DNA of 64,000 bases, from the NCBI RefSeq assembly GCF_009914755.1, contig NC_060932.1, one strand, 5' to 3'. Source of the stretch: the human T2T-CHM13v2.0 reference genome, Homo sapiens. A model generated the notes under the pieces. The model saw only the letters and a program-made list of their open reading frames with translations. It had not been told where the DNA came from and did not search any database. Shown piece after piece: positions 16,245 through 30,103 of the stretch (the stretch's first letter is position 1; the number at the start of each line of letters is the position of its first letter). The position numbers and the translations under genes were made by a program.

Positions 16245-16618
16245 TATATTCATTTTCATATTGTTATGAAGAAATCCCCAAGACTGGTAATATATAAGGA
16301 AAAAGAGGCTTAATGGACTCACAAATCCACATGGCTAGGGAGGCCTCACAGTCATGGCAAGGTGAAGGAGGAGCAAAGGCATGTCTTACATGGCAGCAGG
16401 CAAGAAAACTTGTGCTGTGGAGCAGCCTGTAGAAAACCATCAGATCTCAGGAGACTTGTTTATTATCACAAGAACAGCATGGGAAAAACCTGCCCCCATG
16501 ATTCAGTTGATTCAATTACCTCCCACTGTGTCCCTCCCATGACACGTGGACACGTGGAGATTATGGGTGCTAAAATTCAAAATGAAATTTTGGTGGGGGC
16601 ACAGCCAAAACATATCAC
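16245..16618 (-). mobile_element. THE1 (C/D-like) solo LTR
   Basis: gaggcttaatggactcac...ggaggagcaaaggcatgtcttacatggc...ggggcacagccaaaacatatca. Confidence 0.88.
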
Positions 16619-18809
16619 TTGCTGAAAAAAATCAAAAAGAACTGTGGAACTGCATATAAAGAGGAAAACTACTAGCAGCTGTGTATGGTAGGGAAGAAAA
16701 CATTGCAGTATCATTCCAGACAGGTAAACAACCCACTAGAATAACAATAACAAAAATGTCAGAAGAAAACATCAGATTATTATTGACAGAGTAATGTATT
16801 ATTGACGATGTGCACTGCTTGATTTCAACCACAAGTTACTAGATATTCAGGATGGAAAATGTGGCCCACATTTAGGAAAAGAAATCCATCAATGGAAACT
16901 GAGAAGGTTGTCATGTAGGACTAAGCAAATGAAAACTTCAACAATTATATACATCCACATATATATATGTTTTATGAATTAAAAAAAGCTCTAAAATGGT
17001 AGTATTAATAAGCACAAGGTTCAACAGACAAATGGAGATGAAAACTATAATAACTGAAATAGAAATTCAATAGATGAGACCAGTAGTAATTAGAGATGAG
17101 AGGACATAATTACTGAAGTTGAAAGTACATTAATAGAAATTACTCAACACAAAAAGAAAAACAAGAGAACACATGTGTGGGTTTGTGTGTGCTGCAGTTG
17201 TTTCATATCTCAGAAGCTCATGGATGCATGGGATAATACTAAAAATCTCACATACATACTTGAAATTCCAGAAGGAGATAAGATTAAGTGGAAATTATCA
17301 AAAGAGAATCTTGAAGGAGTAATAGCTAAAAACTTTCTGAAGAGTATTGAAAATACTTATTTAAAACTCAAGAAATTCAAAATAATCTAACCAACAAATA
17401 TACACAAAAATTATTCCGAGTTGTATCAAATTCACACACAAAATCTCCAAAGCATTCAGAGAAAAATCAAGTGTTGTGTACAAGGAAACAGTGGTAAGCA
17501 TGGTGGTTGAGATTTCACCAGAAGTTAGAAAGTCAATGACACATTAAAGTGCTGATATGAAAAGACAAAAACACCTCTCAGAAAGTTTCTACCCAGTGAA
17601 ATTATATCTCTAATTGAATCCCTTTTTATATGGAGGAAAACTCATACATTTTTTTCTTAAGCCCATCTGCAATATAGTAAGGACTAGAGAAAAATTTCTA
17701 AGCTGAAGAGAGATGCTTTCCGAAGGAAATAGAAAGAACATTGGAAATGTTAAAAAATTACTCATTAGATAACTCTCTCTTTCTTCTCTTTCTTTGTATA
17801 TGTATATACATTTATGTAGAATCACACATAAATATGCTACATATTATATAGTATATATAATATATATACTTACAGTAAATATATACACACAGGTACCCGT
17901 GTATATATCCCATATATGTATATATAAAATACGTATACACATTATTTTACCTTAATTTCTTTGAAAATCGCATTAATGTTTAAAACAAAAAAGGATAACA
18001 CTGTAATAATGGCATTATAAATAATACACATATGCTATATATGACAATAGTGTTAAGATGGGAGAAAATAAAAATATACCATTGCAAATTGTCTATAGTT
18101 TACCTGCTGTAATTCTATATCATTTCAAAGATATTGAGAGATATATAAATCTTGGTAACCTGTACAACCACAAAACAATGCAAATATATAATTTCAAAGA
18201 TAAATAATTAAAGTGCAAATAAGGCAAGATGGGAGGAACATAAAAAAACAAGGTAAAAGGAATGTCTGACAGCAAAATGGAAAAGCCTACATAAAACCAT
18301 ATTGATCCTGATATTGAATAAAAAGTAGCTAAACACTGATCGAAAGTCAGGATTTTCAGACTAAATAAAAAAGCAGAGCCAGTCTTATGCAAAAGAGATA
18401 AACTTTACACACAAATAGATTGATAGTAAAACGAGAAGCAAATAAAGGCTATAGTTACCATATGACTATCTAACAATATAGGCATCAAGAAAAGGAGGGT
18501 TGTTAGAGGAAAAACAAGTAAAAGTCTCTAGTAATCAGCTAATACATCAAGAAGATCAGATAAGTAAAAATGTGCATGTGTGTAATAACATATATTTAAA
18601 TTATTTATAAACCTGGGAAATTTAAAAGATCCAGGTAGTATGAATAAAATATATTTGGCGTGAATCTAAAAATTCAAGAAAGCTAATCTAGATAAATGAT
18701 TCTGGTTTAACTGGAACAATTTGAAATGAATATAGAAACAAGATTCATCTACCCTTATACATATACCAAATATACGTATACCAAAATTAAGTCCAAGTCA
18801 ATTATAGGG

Positions 18810-19240
18810 TGTATTAGTTGCCTGTGGTTACCGTAACAAATTACCACTAACTGAGTGGCTTAAAACAACATTAAGTTATTATCTGACATTTCAAGAGGCC
18901 AGGAGTCACAGATTTTGTCAGGAATTTTGCCTCCACCTGGAAGCCTTTTGGGAAACCATCTCATGTCTCTCATGGCTTCCAGTAGCCGCCAGCAATCCCA
19001 GAGCTCCTTCGCTTGTAGATGAACCACTCCAATTTCAGCCTCCAACGTCCCATTGACTTTTCCATATCTCCATGTACCCTTTTCTATCTCTTATGAGGAT
19101 GCTCTGATCAGACTTAGGACAAACCCTAATCCAATAGGATCCCACATTGATCTTTACCTAAATTATATCTGCAAACACTATTTCCAAAGAAGATTACAAT
19201 CTGAAGTTCCAGGTGTACGTGAAATTTGGAAAACACTAAA
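18810..19240 (-). mobile_element. MLT1B/C-like MaLR LTR
   Basis: tgtattagttgcctgtggttaccgtaacaaattaccac...tggcttaaaacaaca...tatctgcaaacactatttccaaa. Confidence 0.8.
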
Positions 19241-19407
19241 TATCACATTTAAGCCTGTGAAACTTGTAGAAAAAAGGAGATAAGACAAAATCGTTTTTAC
19301 TCTGGGGTGGGCAACTTTTTCCTAGACATAAAGTAACAGCCATAAAAGGAAAAAATTAAAAAATGAAATACTAATAATCGTGGTAATACAGTATTAAAAA
19401 TGCACAT

Positions 19408-19734
<327 letters not shown>

Positions 19735-21634
19735 TTAACAATATACATTTCTAAAATCTACTGGAATCCAGAGTTTGTTAAAAATTACTACAACTCAATA
19801 GAAGGGCAAACATCCAATTTTTAAAAGTGAGTAAAAAGTTTTGAACATTTTACAAAAAAAGGTATACGATTAGTTGTGGATATATAAAAGGTTCTTTAAT
19901 TATCAGAAAAATGTAAGTTAAAATCACAACCAGATAACGTAATACTAGAATGGTTAAAATTAAAATGTCTGAAATATCAAATGATGCTTAGAGTTTGAAG
20001 AAACTGGACCTGTAATACTCTTTGAAGGAGAATGCGGAATGGTATAATCAATGTGTACTATCTGAGACTTTCTCAAAGTGTTAAACTTACATCTACTCTT
20101 TGGCCCAGCAACTCCATTCTTAGATACTCAGTAAAGATCAGTTGAATCATGGTTTTACCAAAAATTAGAAATAAATGTTCCTAGTGGTTTTATTCATAGT
20201 ACGAAAAAACTGGAAACAGGAAAAGACTGAAATAGGCATGAATAAGTAAATGGATAAACAATATGAGTTATTTCCCAATAGAATACTACTCAGCAATAAA
20301 TGGAAAATATTACTTTATTGTGCAGAAACATGGATACATTTCACTTAGTGAAAGGCAGATCATACTACTTGTATACATTATTTTTATAACAAATTCTAGA
20401 AAATGAAATCTAATCTTACGGTGTCACTGAGCAAATCATTGGTTCCTGTTGCTAGAGCTGATGGCGGGAAGGGGCTGCAGTGAAGCACTAGGGAAGTTTG
20501 GAGGGAGATGGAAACAATCTGGATTTTGATTGTGTTCTTGGTTTCACAGCTATGTATTCTTTGAATTTTACACTTTAAGGAATTATACAGTATGCAATTA
20601 TACCTCAAAAGTATAGTTAATTAAATGAGTGTTTTTATTTATGCCAGGGGATAATATGGTTTCAAATGAATATTTTTCTTGCCGTTAATTTCCAATACTT
20701 GCATGCAAAGGTAACTATTATAGAATAAAAGAATTAGTACTGGAGTTGAATCTCTTTTTCTTTCTTTCTCATTTTGTTTTGCTACTAAAATCAATACCAA
20801 TGATTACAAGTTCAAATCATTTTTATCTTTCGTCATAGTAGTTTAATTTCAGAAATGTGTCCAGCAACAATTGCTGGCATATATACCTGAAGGAGCTTCC
20901 TACTGAGTATTCGGAAGCCTGAAAATAGGATTTTATTTTTTGAGCTTCGGAAGTTACATACTACATGGGGATCTGAAATTTGGCCTGTTGTTTGTCAGGT
21001 TATATATTTTAAGCAGAATCTAAAAATGTGCCTTGTTCATGTGGGCTTTTTTCTTTTTCTTTATGTACCTTTTTCTTTTGTTCTTTTTCTCTTCTTACAC
21101 AAAGGAAAGGTATACGATTTTCTCTTCCTTTGTTATCTATCTGTTCCAAGTCTAACCTGGAGGTCAGTGGCTCAGTTTCTATAAGGCTCAAAATACAAAA
21201 CACATTTATTTATTCTTTGTTTTTATCTAAAGAAGCAGTACTTTTATGGGATCTTTCCCACTCTATTGTATGGTGTATAATCTGCCGATAGTAAACTATT
21301 CCACACGTTTTGCTCATAGTGAAACTGGACCTCTCATGACATAATAATCAAGTTGCGTTGATGTTTGCCTTATTGCAAAAAAATGTACATCCTTTATTAG
21401 ATGTATGTTTAAAATCTATCAGAGGTGAGACTTTGTGTCTTTTGTCTACCTATAGTGTCGGGGATATTTGTGTTTGAAATGGTGGAATAAACATGGTGAT
21501 ATTCCATTCCTAAGTAACGGGGTGACCCTTTCAAGGCTAAGGAACAGGAGCAGAGCAAATTCTGTCTCACATGCAGGCTTCTTGCAGGAGGTATGGCAGG
21601 AAGTCGTTGGCAAACTAAGACTTTTTTTAGAGGG

Positions 21635-21870
21635 GGTAAGAGAATAGATTCTAAGTGTCTTCACCACACACACATATGCACGCATGCACACACACACACA
21701 CAAAGAAAAATTAACGAGAATATTAGCTGTGTAAGGTGAGGGATATGTTAATTTGCTTGTTTGGGGCATTCATCTCACAGGGTACAAGTATATCAAAACA
21801 TCAAGTTGTATACTTTTAACATATACAGTTTAGTTGTCAATTACCGTTCAATAAAACTGAAGAAAAAAAG
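21635..21870 (+). mobile_element. L1MA9/10-like 3' end with an internal (CA)n run
   Basis: gatatgttaatttgctt...tatatcaaaacatcaagttgtatac...caataaaactgaagaaaaaaa. Confidence 0.75.
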
Positions 21871-22129
21871 ATGATGCTCGTGAGAGACAAAAAAACACAG
21901 GGAAGAAACCCCTGCCACCTTTTTAATGTCAGTCTAAAACCTGGTTGACCGTTCCTGCACCAACTAGTGGAGTCCTTTCTATCAAACGCTAACAACTTAC
22001 AGATGAGGAAACTGGGACCCAGTGACTTTAAATACCCCAAGAAAGGATACGTTGGAAGGGCTCAGAGGAAATGCAAAATTTTCTCGCCTTTGTTTTGGTG
22101 GTGGCTCTTTATAATATACAACGCATGAT

Positions 22130-22350
22130 TTCTTCTTTTAATTGTAGTGAAAAACACACAAAATTTACCATCTTAAGCATTTTTGTATGGACCATTAACG
22201 TTACATATAGTATTAACTATATTCACACTGTTGTGCAGAAGATCTCTAGAACTATTTCATTTTGCAAATCTGAAGCTCTATACCCACATCCCCCTCCCTT
22301 CAGCTCCTAGCAACTACCTTGCTACTTTCTGAGTTTGGGTACCTTAGAAA
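22130..22350 (-). mobile_element. L1MB 3' end fragment
   Basis: aaaatttaccatcttaagcattttt...tattcacactgttgtgca...tctctagaact. Confidence 0.7.
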
Positions 22351-22440
22351 CTGCTTTTGCAGTGACCATCTCTAGTCTTAATAATTTATACAAAAGCTTC
22401 TTTGCCACTGAACTTGGTATCATTAGAGATTAAGATGCTT

Positions 22441-24004
22441 CCCTCCCTCTCCCTCTCCCTCTCCCCTCTTTCCACGGTCTCCCTCTGATGCCGAGCCGAA
22501 GCTGGACTGTACTGCTGCCATCTCGGCTCACTGCAACCTCCCTGCCTGATTATCCTGCCTCAGCCTGCCGAGTGCCTGCAATTGCAGGCGCGCGCCGCCA
22601 TGCCTGACTGGTTTTCGTATTTTTTGGGTGGAGACGGGGTTTCGCTGTGTTGGCCGGGCTGGTCTCCAGCTCCTAACCGCGAGTGATCCACCAGCCTCGG
22701 CCTCCCGAGGTGCCGGGATTGCAGACGGAGTCTCGTTCACTCAGTGCTCAATGGTGCCCAGGCTGGAGTGCAGTGGCGTGATCTCGGCTCGCTACAACCT
22801 CCACCTCCCAGCCGCCTGCCTTGGCCTCCCAAAGTGCCGAGATTGCAGCCTCTGCCCGGCCGCCACCCCGTCTGGGAAGTGAGGAGCATCTCTGCCTGGC
22901 CGCCCATCGTCTGGGATGTGAGGAGCCCCTCTACCTGGCTACCCAGTCTGGAAAGTGAGGAGCGTCTCTGCCCGGCCGCCATCCCATCTAGGAAGTGAGG
23001 AACGCCTCTTCCCAGCCGCCATCCCATCTAGGAAGTGAGGAGCATCTCTGCCCGGCTGCCCATCGCCTGAGATGTGGGGAGCGCCTCTGCCCTGTCGCCC
23101 TGTCCGGGATGTGAGGAGCGTCTCTCCCCGGCCGCCCCGTCTGAGAAGTGAGGAGACCCTCTGCCTGGCAACCGCCCTGTCTGAGAAGTGAGGAGCCCCT
23201 CCGCCCGGCAGCCACCCTGTCTGGGAAGTGAGGAGCGTCTCCGCCTGGCAGCCGCCCCGTCCGGGAGGGAGATGGGGGGGTCAGTCCCCCGCCTGGCCAG
23301 CCGCCCCGTCCGGGAGGGTGGTGGGGGGATCAGCCCCCCGCCCGGCCAGCCACTCGGGAGGTGAGGGGCGCCTCTGCCCGGCCGCCCCTACTGGGAAGTG
23401 AGGAGCCCCTCTGCCCGGCCACTCGCCCCGTCTGGGAGGTGTACCCAACAGCTCATTGAGAACGGGCCATGATGACAATGGCAGTTTTGTGGAATAGAAA
23501 GGGGGGAAAGGTGGGGAAAAGATTGAGAAATCGGATGGTTGCTGTGTCTGTGTAGAAAGTAGAAGACATGGGAGACTTTTCATTTTGTTCTATACTAAGA
23601 AAAATTCTTCTGCCTTGGGATCCTGTTGATCTGTGACCTTACCCCCAACCCTGTGCTCTGAAACATGTGCTGTGTCCACTCAGGGTTAAATGGATTAAGG
23701 GCGGTGCAAGATGTGCTTTGTTAAACAGACGCTTGAAGGCAGCATGCTCGTTAAGAGTCATCACCATTTCCTAATCTCAAGTACCCAGAGACACAAACAC
23801 TGCGGAAGGCCGCAGGGTCCTCTGCCTAGGAAAACCAGAGACCTTTGTTCACTTGTTTATCTGCTGACCTTCCCTCCACTATTGTCCTGTGACCCTGCCA
23901 AATCCCCCTCTGCGAGAAACACCCAAGAATGATCAATAAAAAAAAAATAATAATAAAATAAAAAATAAAAAAATAAAAAAAGAAAATTAACTTTGAAAAA
24001 AAAA
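22441..24004 (+). mobile_element. Full-length SVA (SVA_D-like)
   Basis: Short CCCTCT hexamer head, antisense Alu-like domain, GC-rich VNTR (about 22840-23440), SINE-R, AATAAA at 23935-23940, A tail; TSD aagatgctt(c) at 22432 and 24005. Confidence 0.98.
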
Positions 24005-25133
24005 AAGATGCTTCTCTATAAGCCTCTTTGCTCTTACTCTGATGATTTTCTTAAAATGGCAGTGAGTCAAAATTTACAAAGTTGAAAATGTCAGCCGATA
24101 TCACAAGATTTAGTTTTTAGAATTGAATGAAGCACATATGTATAGTATAACCCTCTGTGCCGAGCACCGTGCTAAGTGCTGTGGAGGCCACAGTAATGAC
24201 TAGCCCTTCTGGAAGTGGCTGGCCATGTGGTTGAGGAAATCATGATGTAAAGAATTCATTTCAGGTTGAGATTTTTGCACTCCAGTTACAGGGAAATGAA
24301 TTGCAAGGAGGGAGAGGGAGACTGTTTTCAAGGAGGCCAAGGAAGGGAACATGGAAGAATTGCAACTGGCTAGAGCTGAAGATTTCTAAACTCAATGACA
24401 AGGACTATTTCAAAATATGAACCCTTCGAGTTTTGTCCTCAGAGAACCAAATTGCATTTTGTGAATTACGTGCCAACCCCTTTTCTACCCCTGATGTGGC
24501 GCCATTGATAAAAGTTTTCTGAATTGCCAGCTGTGATGCTCACACTATCCATTCACGTTTAATTGGCCAACATAAGTCAAATGGCGAAGCCTGACAATGG
24601 TGAAGGAACGCGTCAACTTCTCTCCTGGAGGGACAACAGAGACTTGTTAAAAATAGTTTTGGGTATAGGTAATAAGGTCTGTCCAGCTACTATTTGCTTC
24701 GTTAGACTTAAAAAAAATTAGCATTAGTTTAGACACTCAGTGTGTCTTTTGTACATTACAGTATCAACAAATTCAAACAAATAGTAGTTTCAAAAGATAA
24801 AGTATTTAATAGACAGTCCTTGAGTAGAGAATTGACAAAACATTCACCTGGTGAATCAAACCTAGTGAATACCATATACCAAATGTCCAGGTCAGTGTCT
24901 GGAAGAGGATGAAGGCTCCGAAAGCCTTTGATGAATAAAAGCAAATAGTGCATTCCATTTTTTTCTACATTACTTTAAATTATGTTAGCAGTGACTAGAA
25001 TTAGAAAGCCCTCTTAGCACTCTCAAACCTGAAAAAAGTTTCAAAAACCAGACACAAGGAATTGATGGAGTTGATAGGGCAATATGAGAGAGTACTGCAT
25101 TTTGCTGATTTTACTGGGGAGTGGATCTTTTCT

Positions 25134-25446
25134 GTCTTGTCTTGTCTCTTGTCTTGTCTTGTCTTGAGACGGAGAGTCTTACTGTCTCCCAGGGTGGAAG
25201 GCAATGGCGCAATGTCCCCTCACTGCAGGCTCCGCCTGCTGGGTTCACGCCATTCTCTTGCCTCAGCCTCCCGAGTACCTGGGACTACAGGAACCAGCCA
25301 CCACGCCCCACTAATTTTTTGTATTTTTAGTGGAGACGGGGTTTCACCGTGTTATCCAGGATGGTCTCGATCTCCTGAGCTCGTGATCCGCCTGCCTGGG
25401 CCTTCCAAAGTGCTGGGATTACAGGCATGAGCCACAGCGCCTGGCT
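25134..25446 (-). mobile_element. AluY, unusually diverged, tail converted to (GTCTT)n
   Basis: Y diagnostics gttcacgccattctc, gggactacagg, ccgtgtt, ggatggtctcgatctcc; TSD ggatcttttct at 25123-25133 and 25447-25457. Confidence 0.93.
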
Positions 25447-26564
25447 GGATCTTTTCTTTTTTAACTTAATGTCATCTCAGCAAGTAGTTCAAAGCTGGTT
25501 GGACTATTTTCCAGCCTCACAGAGATAGATGAAAGATGTGCATCGCAGCAGATCCATTCATAGATGATTAAAAGCTGGATGACTGTAGACCTCTAGAATA
25601 AATAAATAAATATGCTCTTTTATCAACTCCAAAGACATTATTTTTCAGACACATACCGTACATCAACGTTCTTTGAAAATAAATCATGTGTTTCTAGCCA
25701 TTGGAAAATAATTAGCCATGTACTAGTTAAGTGGCATAAAAAGCTGAAAATAGAAAAATCAATAAATAATAAGAGGGAGTTAAGCTAGCTTTGCTGCAGA
25801 GTAAATTCGTTTCTCTTTTCCAAATAAACAGGGCCATTTGGATTTATTAGTTGTCTACGAATCTGCATCCTCCTAGGATAAGTTCGCCATTATAGTCTGT
25901 TCATTATTTAGGGCTGTTGAATACACATCAATAATCATTTTACATTTAACAATGGTTGTGATTTTTATATTTTTCTGTTTTGTTTTTCCTTTTGTTTGTT
26001 TTCTCATTGCTTTGTCAATAATGCACCAAACAAAGACGTAAGTGTTTTGATGGTTTAAGGCTTCATATTGTTCAGCTTATTGTTTTCTTCCTAGATAGTA
26101 AATATTTTATTATAATCGCCGTGCAGAAGTTTTGAGGTGATTGATAAAATACAAACCTTGAACACAGGAGTGATGAGGCTCAGTAACGTTTTTGGTCCCT
26201 TTTACCTGTAAAATATTATGATTCTTCATTCTCACAAGAGAATGTATTCTTTAGTTGAGTATATAGATTTATTTTTATTTCCTGTCTCCTTTTTTCCCGT
26301 CTATATATTTTTTATCCTAGCATATCTAACAAGTGTTTGAGGTGGTTGCCATTACTGTATACATTAACAAAGGAAGGAGAAAACACAGTCATTACTAAAT
26401 TGTCTAGGTGCATTCTATTTGCAAATTAATCAACATTAAGGCCCTGCAGGTGAAGTAGCAGACTAGCAGGACATCTGGTATCCTGAGAAGCATTAGGCAG
26501 AGGCTGACCCCAACCTTACCAGGATTGATTCACCCTGAGAAATTAAGAAATTACTTAAATTATG

Positions 26565-26803
26565 GGCCGGATGTGGTGGCTCATGCCCGTAATCCTAGCA
26601 CTTTGGGAGGCCGAGGCAGACAGATGACTTGAGGCCAGAAGTTCCAGACAAGCCTGGCCAACACTGTGAAAACTCATCTTTACTAAAAATACAAAAATTA
26701 GCCGGGTGCGAACCCAGGAGGCAGAGGTTGCAGTGAGCCAAGATTGTGCCAGTGCACTACAGCTTTGGTGACAGAGTGAGACTCTGTCTCAAAAAAAAAA
26801 AAA
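26565..26803 (+). mobile_element. AluS with about 56 nt deleted from the right arm
   Basis: ttagccgggtgc joined directly to gaacccaggaggcagagg; A tail present. Confidence 0.92.
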
Positions 26804-26966
26804 ATTACTGGGTTGTGACATTTTTCTAAGGTTTATCCAGTTAATAAGGAGTTCCCCACAAGTGGGCAAAATAATTGGGAAAACTATAGATATGCTAGAG
26901 GATGAAAGTGATAGAGAAATAACAAAGTAATGTATTAATGATGGCCTTTCAATGTACTTCAGCACA

Positions 26967-27330
26967 TGTCTTAGTGCCTTTGGAATGCTCCCATAGACTG
27001 GGCAGCTTATAAACCACAGAAATGGATTTCTCACAGTCCTGGGAGGATTAGGTTGCCAGCGTGGTCGGGTTCTGGAGGGCCCTCTTACCTGTTACAGAGA
27101 ACAGCCTTTCTGTGCATCCTCACATGGCAGAAAAATGAGCAGGGAGCTCTCTGGCGTCCCTTTTCTAAAAGCACTAATCCAAATCCAATTTTCTAAGGGC
27201 ACTAATCTGAATCAGAAGGTCCCCCCTCATGGCATAATCACCTCCCAAAGACCCTTCATCTTAATACCTTCATTGGGGGATTAGGATTTCAGCCTATAAA
27301 TTTGGAGAACAGAAATACTGAGTCATAACA
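26967..27330 (-). mobile_element. MLT1A/MSTD-like LTR
   Basis: catagactgggcagcttataaaccacagaaat...taatcacctcccaaag...gtcataaca; internal ~28-bp duplication at 27161-27216. Confidence 0.8.
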
Positions 27331-28277
27331 GAATCTAAGGACCACACAATGAAACGGGGTTTCCCTGTGACAAGATTTGCATCCTTGAGAAATTCATAGC
27401 CATCATTCCTCAGAGAAAACTGATCTACATCTGCCACTCGAGTCTGAAGGATTTCTCAAGTCGCCCTTCTAGAGGCACCAAGCAGGTTCTTCAGATTGGT
27501 TATGATGATGCTTGGGGGTGATGAATACTTTCTATAGAATACCAAACCGGGATGTCTTAAAGAGAATGAAGTTTATGAAACTCAAATTTCATAGGTCGTC
27601 TTTGCAAAACCCAGTTTGGCTGAACAAGTGCTTATAATTTAATCCAGAAGAATTATTTCTTAAAAAAACGTTAAAGCTTTTAAAGACACATGAAATATAA
27701 AATCAATTTTTATAAGATTAGGATGTAATGATCAATAAAGGCTTTAAAGTATAAAAATACATTAGGATAAAATGATATAAGCTAAATGGAAAAGAACTCC
27801 AAATTCAATGAGGAAATGTAGTGATCTATAATTTCTTTGAAGAAGAGCTTGTTCCTGTTTTTTAAATGGAAATTGCTGGCTTTCAAATTTCTATGGTTTT
27901 TAGATTTCAGTGGATATGTTCACAAATGATGTAACAGTTTTATTTTAAAACGTCAATATTTACAGTGTCAGCAATTGTACTCTTTGTAATTATTTCAGTA
28001 AATTAGAAACTTTTCAGATCCATCTTAAAAGGTGTGAATTGATATGTCATTTTTTGGTTCTGTTACAGAAGAGATATAAAAGCAAAAATGTCCTGATGGC
28101 CTTTGTTATGGAGAATTGCTATCTCATATACATCCAGTAATAAGTGTAATGGCTGGTGAGAGAAAGGCGGAGGTGGAGAGAGTGATGAGGGGAGAATGGT
28201 GCCACCTGAGTAGGTTGACGTGGTCTGAATATGTACGTCTCCAGGGTATGGCATGTGAGGCTAAAACCTAGATTCTG

Positions 28278-28471
28278 CAGAGCTGCATCACCCAACAGCC
28301 ACATGTGGATATCTGCATGTAAACTAACGAATACGAAGCTAAAAATTCAGTTCTTGTGCCACATTAGCCAGCTCAGGGGCTCACTGGCCACAGCTCATTG
28401 TGCCTCAAGGCTACCCCATCTGACAACACAGAATATTTCTGTTGCTGCAGACTGTTTTATTGGATGGAACT
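28278..28471. mobile_element. MER3-like hAT MITE
   Basis: agccacatgtgg...aaaaattcagttct...cacagaatatttctgttgctgcagactgttttattgga. Confidence 0.65.
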
Positions 28472-30071
28472 AATATTGAGGAACGGGTAGATTGCATAAA
28501 GGTCACTTTTCTCAATTGGACTTGACCTCAGCTTTAGGCAACAGAAGACATCTATTTTTCCTTGACAAGGGTCTATATAGTATGATATAGTAGGTACTGT
28601 GTGTTACACACTTGGGGATGACACACATTATATTCAGATAATGTGAACATATGGAAGCTTGACAAGCTTTAAGCAGAATGCAAAAAACTGATATTTGAGC
28701 AGATTTTGAAGCTATATACTTTATTTTTTAATTATAAACATGTGCTTTATTGTAGGAAAAATTTAAATATAACCCACGATACTGAAAATAATGTAAATGG
28801 CATTTATAGCCTTGGTCCGATGTTCACAATTGAACTTTACCTTAGGCCTTATTTTACAGAATGGGATATTTCTGAACATATCACTTTTCCTCTTAGAATC
28901 AGAAAAACCCAAGCATTAAACTTCAACATTTGTAGTATTCCCTGTTCACACTTTAAAAAAGTGATACTGGTTATTGGAGATCAGACCTTCAGTCAGCTCA
29001 TCTAAATGAATAATTCTTTGGTTTGTTATTAAATCATTTTCCTCGATTAAATTTTGGCTCAGGTTAAAGGTGGTACAATGTGTTCTAAACTGACACAAAT
29101 TGTAATAATCTATTCTTAGAGAAATTTGTAAAAACTTTCCATGAGCTGTTATGAAAATTAGTTATTTCTTAATGTTTAGTAATAAAACCTCTCATTTTGA
29201 AAGGTACAAATGAGTTTAATCTATTGAATGTATTAACAGTGATTAGAATAAAAAGCTTTTATAAGTCAGACAAATGTAAATCCAAATAGTTGTTAGATTA
29301 ATAAATTTGAATAATAGAAATATCATTGAGAATATAAAATGTAGAAAATTGGTAAAGAGAGAACATTTGATGTACTCTGCAGAAAAAAACTATTATTGAC
29401 TTGTGGTGAGATAAATATGTAGTTGCATTTATCCCAAAGGGGGATTATTGATTGGGGTTATTAAGGTCAATATTTATCTCAAGTGAAAAATAAATCTTGA
29501 TTGTTTCATTGAGTCAAAATGCCAATACATATTTTGTTACAAAAACACTAAAAATGCACTGTAGTCATATTTTAATATTGTCTCTTAACAATGATTTTCA
29601 TGGGAACCACTATTTTACTATATTTTTTTAAAATAGAATCTCTCAAGATAATAAGCACATAATTTATCATGGCTCATTTGGGTGCACCATTCTTTGTTCT
29701 TTTGTTTTTCCTTTTTTTGTTCCTTTCTAGAAGAGCTACGTTCACCCACACCTCTGTTTGAACTCTTTTTTTTTTTTTTTTTGGTGTAGAAGCAGCAACC
29801 ATTAATTTTGTAAAAAGGAAAAACGAGTTGTCACAGGTAACCTGATGGTCCCTGGGTGTTGCAGATGAGCCGCGGATGAGAGACAGGGTCCTTCCGGGAG
29901 GCCCCATTGAAGCCTCAGTTGTTTCCCAAGTTTGATGAAAGAGCAGAGAAAGGTCTGTGATTTTTGTAGGAACTGTGCAGGACATGAGCCACTTCTATCG
30001 CTTAATTGCCACTCCTCAGGTGAAACAAGGTGCTAGGACAAGTTGAGGCACTCTTCAAAGGGTGCAAATCA

Positions 30072-30103
<32 letters not shown>

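Noticed and set aside
22528-23932. Cluster of overlapping ORFs
   Set aside because: All lie inside the GC-rich SVA, where stop codons are rare; translations are typical Alu-like/VNTR products.
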